A stretch of 44,874 nt of DNA from an uncultured archaeon (GTDB lineage: Archaea > Iainarchaeota > Iainarchaeia > Iainarchaeales > JAAZKV01): NCBI GenBank assembly GCA_964590155.1, contig CAZPWC010000004.1, forward strand, positions 9,379 through 54,252. The letters are read 5' to 3'. Every line of letters starts with the position of its first letter. Position 1 is the first letter of the stretch. Below are positions 33,953-41,659 of this stretch, one piece after another. Made by a program: the position numbers and the translations under genes. The notes beneath the pieces were generated by a model, which was not told the origin of the DNA, made no database searches, and worked only from the letters and a program-made list of their open reading frames with translations.

Positions 33953-35356
33953 TCACAAGTGTTTCTTTTTTACTTCATTATACATTTTTTTTAAATCCTT
34001 GCTGATTTCAACTTTGTATTTATCTTTAGCATAAATTTTCTTCAACTCTGAGGGGATTTTTTCGATTTGTTCTTTAACAATAATTTTTGTTTCTTTAAGT
34101 GGAGCCACTTCAAGAATTCTTTGTCCTTTTTTGATGTACTGTTTTAGCAAGGGTTCTCCTAGTTTCTCGTTTTCAAGTCCAATAATATCTCTTTCCATTT
34201 TTCCTTTTGCATTAAATTTTCTGAATATTTGTTTTCTTCCGGGGTAAGACTCTTTTCCTTTTGCGAGTTTCGCTTTGTACTCTATTTTTCCATTAGGGTA
34301 AATTAGTTCAGACATTTTGAACACCTGTTCAAGTATGGGAGCATCACTTACGTTCACCACTTCAGTAATACAAATATAGTATTGGATTGGGGCTTTTTGA
34401 GCTTCAAGTTTTTTAATTTTGTATTCGTCAAGGTTTGAGTAAGCCATTATCCCTATTTTTTCAAGCCCGTTTTTGTCAAGCTCTTTTCTCATATAGTTTG
34501 CTGTTTTTAGAACATTTCCGCTGTCGATTGGAATGTTTAATTTTTCCTGTTCTTTAGGTTCCACTTTTTTTATTTCTTCAATTAATGTTTTGAGTCCTTT
34601 TTTCATGTTGTAAGTATCAACCATTATTTGTAGTGCAGTGGAGTTTGGGAGTATTTTTGTAATTGCCACCCTCATCGCTTCTCTTTCATTGTTAAAGGAT
34701 TTTATTGTTGCATGGTTTATGTTTGGTTGGAAAAATAGTTTGTCGTGGAGGAATTCTTTTGATTCTTTAAAGAAGTTCGGTTGAGTGGTACTAGCATCTC
34801 CTGTAATGTAGGAGGCTTTTTGGCATATTACTACTTGTTCGAATCCTTGCGAACGAACAATATTAACTCCTGGGGCTACTCTCTTTTTCCCTGCAGCAAT
34901 TTTTACTCTCGCTCCTTTTGTAAGTATTCTTACTGGGTAAGAAAATGCGTTGAGTGCTAGTGCGGTAAAAAGATTTACTTGCCAAAGTGGTCCGCTCACT
35001 CGGATGATTGGTTCTCCTGCATAAAATGGAGTCCCTTCAGGAATGCTCCAAACATCTCCCGAGAACTTGAAATTTTTATAAAGTTCTTCATGTTCAGGTT
35101 CGATTAGTTTGAGTGTCTTTAATACATATGTATCTTCTTCACTGAAATGAAAACTTTGAATGTAAGCAAGGAATCTGTCCAGCCCGTACATTAATAAGAA
35201 TCCCCAGTTTTTTGGCAAATCTCTAACAACTAAATCAAAGGTGGCTTCTTCCATTCCTTTTCCGCTTGAAAGCCACATAGTGTTTCCAAGAAACATGTTC
35301 CCGTACTCCATCATTGGGATGTCATCTTCCGGAAAAGAAAATTGGTGTTTTTTCAT
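33953..35356 (-). CDS. nicotinate phosphoribosyltransferase-family protein, divergent (paralog 2)
   Basis: About 70 % identical (by eye) to the downstream paralog, with the same motif set (IMVDTYN, IPIDSGN, AYSNLDEYKI, KLAKGKESYPGRKQIFR). Confidence 0.65.
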   Translation of the reverse strand: MKKHQFSFPEDDIPMMEYGNMFLGNTMWLSSGKGMEEATFDLVVRDLPKNWGFLLMYGLDRFLAYIQSFHFSEEDTYVLKTLKLIEPEHEELYKNFKFSGDVWSIPEGTPFYAGEPIIRVSGPLWQVNLFTALALNAFSYPVRILTKGARVKIAAGKKRVAPGVNIVRSQGFEQVVICQKASYITGDASTTQPNFFKESKEFLHDKLFFQPNINHATIKSFNNEREAMRVAITKILPNSTALQIMVDTYNMKKGLKTLIEEIKKVEPKEQEKLNIPIDSGNVLKTANYMRKELDKNGLEKIGIMAYSNLDEYKIKKLEAQKAPIQYYICITEVVNVSDAPILEQVFKMSELIYPNGKIEYKAKLAKGKESYPGRKQIFRKFNAKGKMERDIIGLENEKLGEPLLKQYIKKGQRILEVAPLKETKIIVKEQIEKIPSELKKIYAKDKYKVEISKDLKKMYNEVKKKHL

Positions 35357-35417
35357 GTTTAATCCATATTAATTTTGGTCAATTCTGTTTTTAAAATGTT
35401 AACGGACTAATTTATTT

Positions 35418-36038
35418 ATGCCTGTAAAAAGAAAAGCTTCGGTTATATCTAGCAGAGCGAAGATTAGGCGAAGAGTTTTTGTTGGAGGGTCTTTTTCTTC
35501 TCCTATTGCGCCAGAGTATTCTTGGGTCGGGGATGTTTTAGGTAGGCATAAGTTAACTCTTGTTACTGGGGGTAGGCTTGGTGCTGTAAAAGATGTCGTT
35601 GAGAAAGCGATTGGTGGAAAAGCAAAGAATGTTTCTGTTATCTTCAAAGGTTGGGACAAAAAGTTTAACCCAAAAATTTCTGGGAAAGCGGGGAATGTTG
35701 TTGTTAAAAGGAATGCTTCTGGTATAAGACCTTTTAACCAGAGATTAGGGTTGTTGCTTTCAAGCAATATAGGTGCTTATGCTTTTTTGCCACCAGAAGG
35801 TAAGGTTTTTTCAGGCACAATGCTTGAAGTGCATACGCTTATTCACACAATGATTCTTGAAGCTACTGTGTCAAAGAAAAAAAATCTGCGCCCTGTAATC
35901 TTTATTGGTTATCCGTGGCGATCAACTTTGGAGTACATGCGGGGAAGTTATAAGCCGGCTGATTGGGCAAAAATTCAAAAGTATATTAAGTACGCTAATA
36001 CTGCAGAGGAGCTTGAATCCTTTTTATCACGAAGATGA
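35418..36038 (+). CDS. divergent LOG/SLOG-type (TIGR00730/TIGR00725-like) Rossmann-fold nucleotide-binding protein
   Basis: VFVGGS, LVTGGRLGAVKDVVEKAI (GGGxGxM-like) and AFLPPEGKVFSGTMLEV (PGGxGTxxE with an insertion). It is divergently transcribed from the NAPRT-like pair across 61 bp. The antisense ORF 35399..35767 is rejected. Confidence 0.5.
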   Translation: MPVKRKASVISSRAKIRRRVFVGGSFSSPIAPEYSWVGDVLGRHKLTLVTGGRLGAVKDVVEKAIGGKAKNVSVIFKGWDKKFNPKISGKAGNVVVKRNASGIRPFNQRLGLLLSSNIGAYAFLPPEGKVFSGTMLEVHTLIHTMILEATVSKKKNLRPVIFIGYPWRSTLEYMRGSYKPADWAKIQKYIKYANTAEELESFLSRR

Positions 36039-36053
36039 TTCATTATAAAATTC

Positions 36054-37931
36054 TTATTTCAAATATTTTTGTATTTCTTTTTTCAATAGGTCGCTTAATA
36101 TTTTTCCGTCTATTCCTTTTAGTGCGGGTTCTTTTGCCAAATCGCCCATCAAGGGTCCTATTGCTCCGGGTCCGCGGATTTTTATTAGTGCTTCGTTATT
36201 TGAAACAACTTTTTTAATAATTGGCTCTAATTTTGAAACATCAATAACTTTTTGCATGGAAAGAATTTCTTCAAGAGTTTTTTCTTTTGTTATTTCAACA
36301 AGGGCTTGTTTTATGTTTGACTTGCTAAGTTTTCCGCTTGCTTCAGCGAGAATTATTTCTTCTAAATCACTTTCTTTAATTTTTTCAATAGAAATATTTT
36401 CGCGTTTCATTTCTGTAAGTGTTTGAAGTAGTGTTGTTGCAGCAACTGTTGGACTAGCTCCTTTTTCAACTAACAATTCAAAAAATCGGGCATAGTTGCT
36501 TAATTTCATTTCTTCAATATGATTAACGCTTAAACCAATTTTTTTATAATGTTCTTCTCTCTCCGCAATGCTTTTTGGTAAACCTTTTTTTATTTCCTGC
36601 AAATATTTTTCATTGACTTTTTTGAAAGGGATGTCAGTTTCGGGGTACATTCTTGCTTCTCCTGATATTGGTCGTTGATATTCTGAACTTGCATCTTCTA
36701 GCGCTCCGCGCGTTTCAGAAGGGACTTTTTCTAAAGCGATAAGTATTCTTTCTTTTATCGCTTCAAATGCTTTCTTTGCTTTCTCTTTTTCAGAAACAAT
36801 TAAAACAAAATTATCTTCTTCTCCGCACCCTAATAGAAACATGGTGTCTTTTACTTCTTTCTCAGTTATTCCATAATTTGGAAGCTCGTCGCGGTGTAAT
36901 AATCCGCTTACTCCTGTTGCTTTCGCGTATGCCGATAATTCACTTCCAAATCTTTTTGTTCCAACTTTTTCGCCCAAAAATCCTTTCATTTGTGATAACT
37001 TCATTCCGAAAACTTTTTTGTCTTTCATGAACTTTGCTTGTGTTTCTGCAAAGGCTTTTGTTGCTTCTTTTGGTTCGCAAGTAATTATTTTTTCTAAGTT
37101 TTCGTGGGTTTTGAATTTTTTTGCGAGTTTTTCTCTTAGTGAAAGTAAATCAATTTGTCTTTCTATTTCATTTTCAATTAATGGCTTTATCATTTCAAGT
37201 TCTTGGCATCCTTTTATTTCGCATCTTGTCCCTTCTTTTATTGAGATGTTTACATCCTGTCTTATTGTTCCTTTTCCTCTTTTTGTTTTGCCTGTTAATC
37301 TCATTATTTCTCCTATTTTTGCGGCTGTAAGAACGGCTTCTGTTGGGGTTGTAATATCAGGATCTGTTGCTAGTTCTATTAGAGGTATTCCTAGTCTATC
37401 AAGGTTATAATACACTTTTCCGTTTTCTTTTTTTATTGGTCTGCAAGCATCTTCTTCAAGAATTATTGTTTGTACTCCTATTCTTTTTTCTTTACCCTCT
37501 GTTTGTATAAAAAATTCTCCCCCTATTGAGGTGAGGCAAGTTCTTTGAAAGCCTGAAGTGTTGCTTCCGTCAATCACCGTTTTTCGCATTGGAACAATTG
37601 TGTTAACAATATTACTTTTACATAGTAATGCAACTTCAAGAATTGTTTTGAGCGCTTCTTCGTCAATTGGTTGGGGGGGTTCTTCATCTAATTCAATTAA
37701 AGAAATTGTTTCTTTGTTTCCTGAATAAAAAAATGTTTCGTTTCTTTTAAATGCGTCAAGCGCTGTTTTGTCATATTCTCCAAGTTCGCTAGCGACAGGC
37801 CTTAGTTTTCTTTCTATAGTAAAATCAACTGCGTCGCTTAAAGTGCTTGGGGTTCTGATAAATAACTTTTTTGTGTCAAGTTGTTGGTGCACTTCAAGAC
37901 CGCACTTCAGTCCGATTGTTTGGTAATCCAT
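36054..37931 (-). CDS. gatE: glutamyl-tRNA(Gln) amidotransferase subunit E (archaeal)
   Basis: MDYQTIGLKCGLEVHQQLDTKKLF, a GatB-like core with the AspRS-like insertion, and 625 aa in length. Confidence 0.9.
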   Translation of the reverse strand: MDYQTIGLKCGLEVHQQLDTKKLFIRTPSTLSDAVDFTIERKLRPVASELGEYDKTALDAFKRNETFFYSGNKETISLIELDEEPPQPIDEEALKTILEVALLCKSNIVNTIVPMRKTVIDGSNTSGFQRTCLTSIGGEFFIQTEGKEKRIGVQTIILEEDACRPIKKENGKVYYNLDRLGIPLIELATDPDITTPTEAVLTAAKIGEIMRLTGKTKRGKGTIRQDVNISIKEGTRCEIKGCQELEMIKPLIENEIERQIDLLSLREKLAKKFKTHENLEKIITCEPKEATKAFAETQAKFMKDKKVFGMKLSQMKGFLGEKVGTKRFGSELSAYAKATGVSGLLHRDELPNYGITEKEVKDTMFLLGCGEEDNFVLIVSEKEKAKKAFEAIKERILIALEKVPSETRGALEDASSEYQRPISGEARMYPETDIPFKKVNEKYLQEIKKGLPKSIAEREEHYKKIGLSVNHIEEMKLSNYARFFELLVEKGASPTVAATTLLQTLTEMKRENISIEKIKESDLEEIILAEASGKLSKSNIKQALVEITKEKTLEEILSMQKVIDVSKLEPIIKKVVSNNEALIKIRGPGAIGPLMGDLAKEPALKGIDGKILSDLLKKEIQKYLK

Positions 37932-38118
37932 TAAATCACTTAAAGCAATTAACTAAATTAATAATCTATTCAAGTTTAAAAGGTTTTAAAAAAGAAGTTT
38001 TGGGTTGATTTTTAACTGGGAATAACTCTTTTAAAGTCTCTATATTATAATTCTTGCATGGTTTCAAGACGCAAGTGGGCCATTGGCGATTCAGCCATTC
38101 ATCAGTAGATCTGATTCT

Positions 38119-39669
38119 ATGAATAATAAGAATATTTTCATTCTTGATACTACTTTGCGTGATGGGGAGCAGACTGAGGGTGTTTCTTTTTCTGCTGAAG
38201 AAAAATTGATACTTGCTCAAAAACTTCTTCTTGATGTTGGTGTTAATCGGTTAGAAATCGCTTCTGCTAAAGTTTCTGTGGCGGAGCAGGAGTCTTGCAA
38301 AAAAATTACTGCATGGGCAAAGAAACACGATTTGTTGGACAAAGTTGAGGTGCTCGGTTTTGTTGATTTTAATAAAAGTGTTGATTGGATTAATGGCTGC
38401 GGAGCAAAAGTTTTGAATTTGTTATGTAAGGGTAGCGAAAAGCATTTGCTTCAGCTAAAGAAAACACCCGAAGAGCACTTTGCTGATATTAAGAAAACTT
38501 TTGATTATGCAAAATCGAAGGGTTTCACTGTTAACGCTTATCTTGAGGATTTTTCTAACGGGATGCTTAACTCAACTGAATATGTTTTTTCCCTTGTTAG
38601 TTTTTTGCGGGATAATGGGTTTAATCGGGTCATGCTTGCTGACACTTTGGGTGTTCTTTCTCCTGATTTAGCAAAGAAATTTGTTTCTTCTCTTGTAAGC
38701 GAATTTCCTGATGTTGGTTTTGATTTTCACGCACATAATGATTATGGCTTGGCTTTAGCTAATTCCCTTGCAGCCGTTTCCTCTGGAGCAACTTGTGTTC
38801 ATTGTACTGTTAATGGGTTGGGGGAGAGAGCGGGTAATACCCCTCTTGAAGAATTTGTTCCTGCCTTAAAAGATTTTTTTGATGTTAGTGCTTCTATTAA
38901 TGAAAGTGCTTTATCTTCTGTTTCAAAATTAGTTGAATTGTTTTCCCGCTATAGGGTTGCAAGAAATAAACCTATTGTGGGGACTGTAGTTTTTACCCAA
39001 ACTGCGGGTATTCATGCTGATGGGGACAAGAAAGGTTCTCTTTATATTTCAAAACTTTCTCCTGACAGATTTGGCAGAAAAACAAGGTATGCTCTTGGAA
39101 AACTTTCCGGCAAAGCTTCTGTGGAAATGGCTTTGCGTGATTTGGGTATTTCACTAGATGATGATTTGCTCAAAAAGGTTCTTGGGAAAGTAGTTGAGCT
39201 TGGCGAAAAGAAAGAAAATGTTACAAAAGAGGATTTATTATTTTTGATTGACGAAGTTGCAAATGTCGGCCAGGCAAAGATTTTTTCAATAGACTATTAT
39301 AATGTTGTTTCTTCTTCTTCAGAGAAACCTTTTGCTGGAGTAATTTTTTCTTTTAAGGGTAAGAAGTTTTCTGTTAATGGGGTTGGTGACGGTGGTTATG
39401 ATGCTTTCATGAACGCATTAAAAGAATGGTTTTCTCTTCAGAAATTTGCTCTTCCAAAACTTGTTGATTATGAAGTAAGAATTCCTTCTGGCGGGCAAAC
39501 CGATGCTTTGGTTGAAACAAAAATTGTTTGGGACTTTTCAGGTCGATTAGTTGAAACAGTTGCTTTGAGTACTGATCAATTAGAAGCCGCTATTCGCGCG
39601 ACAGAAAAAATGGTGAATTTGTTATTTATTATTCATAAGCGTGGACATCGCACTTCAAAGAAGAAATGA
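38119..39669 (+). CDS. 2-isopropylmalate/(R)-citramalate synthase family protein with a C-terminal LeuA-dimer regulatory domain
   Basis: ILDTTLRDGEQTEGVSF, HAHNDYGLALANSLAAV, and NGLGERAGNTPLEE. The ATG at 38119 is preferred over the upstream TTG at 38083. Confidence 0.8.
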   Translation: MNNKNIFILDTTLRDGEQTEGVSFSAEEKLILAQKLLLDVGVNRLEIASAKVSVAEQESCKKITAWAKKHDLLDKVEVLGFVDFNKSVDWINGCGAKVLNLLCKGSEKHLLQLKKTPEEHFADIKKTFDYAKSKGFTVNAYLEDFSNGMLNSTEYVFSLVSFLRDNGFNRVMLADTLGVLSPDLAKKFVSSLVSEFPDVGFDFHAHNDYGLALANSLAAVSSGATCVHCTVNGLGERAGNTPLEEFVPALKDFFDVSASINESALSSVSKLVELFSRYRVARNKPIVGTVVFTQTAGIHADGDKKGSLYISKLSPDRFGRKTRYALGKLSGKASVEMALRDLGISLDDDLLKKVLGKVVELGEKKENVTKEDLLFLIDEVANVGQAKIFSIDYYNVVSSSSEKPFAGVIFSFKGKKFSVNGVGDGGYDAFMNALKEWFSLQKFALPKLVDYEVRIPSGGQTDALVETKIVWDFSGRLVETVALSTDQLEAAIRATEKMVNLLFIIHKRGHRTSKKK

Positions 39670-39786
39670 CTTAATGGCTAATGCTTTGTTTCTTAGGGTT
39701 TTGTTCATTAATAGTTTATTCTTAAGAGTGCTTGTTCGCTTCTACTTTTTTTATTAAGATTTATTGTTGCGTGTAGTATTACTTAT

Positions 39787-40179
39787 TTAGCAATATCCAT
39801 ATATTGAACAAACGCTTCCTCTTGAAATTGATACGCCCCAGCCATAATCTCCGCCGCCGTATATTGATACGCTGTTATAATTTCTAACTATTGGCGAATA
39901 ACCATATGATGAGGGGTAATAATTTGAGTAATATGTGTATGAAGGGTAGTAGCTGTATGATGGGTAGTAACTATATGCTGAAGGGTAATAGGTTGAAGTG
40001 TAATATGAAGGAGATGAATATCCGTAGCCATAACTGTTTGCATAATATGGCGTTGGGTAGTAATATGTTGGAGCGTAATAATCAGTGTAATAATATCTAT
40101 TAAATCCTGTGTAAGCCATTGCTCCGCCAACCATCATAACTAGCAAAACAAGCATTATTCCTAATAGTTTCCAATTCAT
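39787..40179 (-). CDS. secreted Tyr/Ser/Pro-rich low-complexity protein
   Basis: Signal-peptide-like MNWKLLGIMLVLLVMMVGGAMA, then about 108 residues of (S/T/P)-Y-Y-type repeats. The start at 40179 is preferred over 40224. ORFs 39888..40130(-) and 39891..40103(+) are alternative frames of the same repeat. Confidence 0.6.
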   Translation of the reverse strand: MNWKLLGIMLVLLVMMVGGAMAYTGFNRYYYTDYYAPTYYYPTPYYANSYGYGYSSPSYYTSTYYPSAYSYYPSYSYYPSYTYYSNYYPSSYGYSPIVRNYNSVSIYGGGDYGWGVSISRGSVCSIYGYC

Positions 40180-40284
40180 CAGCTCACCTACATAAATACT
40201 ACTGCTTAACCCATTTATAAACATTTCGTTAACGTGAACGAGTGAACAAGTTCTTTTTAGGGGGTTTTTTGGGAGCGACCAAAA

Positions 40285-41622
40285 TTAGTAAGTGTCAGTT
40301 CTCGTAAATTCGCTTATTTCTCCGCGTAAGTTCTTTGTAAGTAACTTTTTTGCTTCTTCTGGAGAGTAATTTCCCAAAAGCCATGCTAGTTTAATTAGTG
40401 CTGTTTCTGCAAGCATATCTTCTCCTGGAATAACCCCTATTTCAGTTAGATCAATTGCTTTGTCATAAACGTGCATGTGTACTCTTCCGTTAATGCATTG
40501 TGAGATCATAACTGCTATGCCTCCTTTGTCAACAAATTTTTTTATTGAGGGGAATATTTTTCCATGCCCTTCTTTTTCAGTTATTTCATCAGGTAAATGT
40601 CCGGGTGTTTGCCCTAGGCCAGTTCCTTCAATAACAAGTCCTTTGAATCCTTTTTCGGAATAAAATTCAAATTGTTCGGGAAACATGTTTACGTGAATTT
40701 TTAGTAAAGCAACTCTCGGCTCAAATTTTGGTTTTATAATTATTTTTCCACTTTTGTTTTTCTTTGGATAATTAGTTTTAATGAAATCAATTTTTCCTGT
40801 GCTATAATCAACTTTTGCTATGGGTGTGTCATTTATTGCTTTGAAAGCATCTCTTCTTGAGGTGTGCATTTTTCTTGTTTTACAAGCGGGCAGAATCGCG
40901 CAGGAAGTATCGCTACTTGAATCGTGCATGCATATTGCGACTCCAGAAAAATCTGTTTCTGTGATAAATTTTGCTGCGCAGATAAGATTCATTGCTGCAT
41001 CGCTTGATCCTCGATCAGAACTTCTTTGAGCTCCTACAATAATTACTGGTATGGGGCAATTTTCCAATGTGAAAGCAATTCCGGCAGCGCCTGAACACAG
41101 ATTGTCTGTTCCCATTCCAACTATTATTCCGTCAGCGCCTTTTTCAACTTCTTTTTTTATTTCTTCTGCAACAAAAGAAAAGTGCGCAAATCTAAAATCA
41201 TCACTCCACATTTTTTTAAGCAACCTTGCTTCAAAGTTAGCCATTTTTGTGAGTTCGGGAAACATTGTAATTAAATCTTCTGGAGTAAACGAAGTGTATA
41301 CTCCTCCTGTTCTATAATCAACTCTCGAAGCAATTGTTCCCCCGGTGTGTAGAACAGCGATTGTTGGTAAGTTAGGGTTTTTTTTAATTTCAATTGTTTT
41401 TGCTTTTCCAACGCTTTTTGCTTCGCCAATTAATTTTATTTGTTTTATTTCGCTAGTTTCAAATCCTGCGTTATATCCTGAACTTAGTTTTATCATAAGA
41501 TTATCTTTTGAGGGAATAATAGTTCCTGTTATTTTTTGTCCCTTAAATTCAAATTCAACTAGGGCCCCTTCTTTGAGTTTGTTTTTCTCAAAGAAATCCT
41601 TTATCAAAATGGCGTTTTCCAT
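40285..41622 (-). CDS. gatD: glutamyl-tRNA(Gln) amidotransferase subunit D (archaeal, asparaginase-like)
   Basis: IAVLHTGGTIASRVDYRTGGV and GIIVGMGTDNL asparaginase motifs after an N-terminal GatD-specific domain. ATG at 41622. Confidence 0.9.
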   Translation of the reverse strand: MENAILIKDFFEKNKLKEGALVEFEFKGQKITGTIIPSKDNLMIKLSSGYNAGFETSEIKQIKLIGEAKSVGKAKTIEIKKNPNLPTIAVLHTGGTIASRVDYRTGGVYTSFTPEDLITMFPELTKMANFEARLLKKMWSDDFRFAHFSFVAEEIKKEVEKGADGIIVGMGTDNLCSGAAGIAFTLENCPIPVIIVGAQRSSDRGSSDAAMNLICAAKFITETDFSGVAICMHDSSSDTSCAILPACKTRKMHTSRRDAFKAINDTPIAKVDYSTGKIDFIKTNYPKKNKSGKIIIKPKFEPRVALLKIHVNMFPEQFEFYSEKGFKGLVIEGTGLGQTPGHLPDEITEKEGHGKIFPSIKKFVDKGGIAVMISQCINGRVHMHVYDKAIDLTEIGVIPGEDMLAETALIKLAWLLGNYSPEEAKKLLTKNLRGEISEFTRTDTY

Positions 41623-41659
41623 AATCAATTAACCCTTCAAAACAATTTATAATCTATTT

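Noticed and set aside
33953-33956. A 4-nt overlap between the two NAPRT-like genes as evidence of translational coupling or frameshifting
   Set aside because: The overlap exists only if paralog 1 starts at the GTG at 33956. Homology to paralog 2 (MKKHQFSF vs METHQFSF) and an AAGGA box favour the ATG at 33932, which leaves a 20-nt gap.
35399-35767. The 122-aa minus-strand ORF opposite the LOG-like gene
   Set aside because: It has no motifs and a Pro/Phe/Leu-rich shadow composition. The + strand ORF is longer and carries the LOG-family glycine motifs.
36767-37410. Three + strand ORFs inside gatE (36767..37030, 37018..37410, 37121..37330), and similar antisense ORFs inside leuS, lig, gatD, the coiled-coil gene and the surface-protein gene
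   Set aside because: They are typical antisense shadows of AT-rich K/E-rich genes (Phe/Leu/Ser-rich, no motifs). The sense-strand genes are unambiguous.
39888-40130. His/Thr-rich (minus strand) and Asn/Met-rich (+ strand, 39891..40103) ORFs overlapping the Tyr-rich gene
   Set aside because: They are alternative frames of the same TAT/TAC-rich simple repeat. Only the Tyr-rich frame has a signal peptide and extends the full length.
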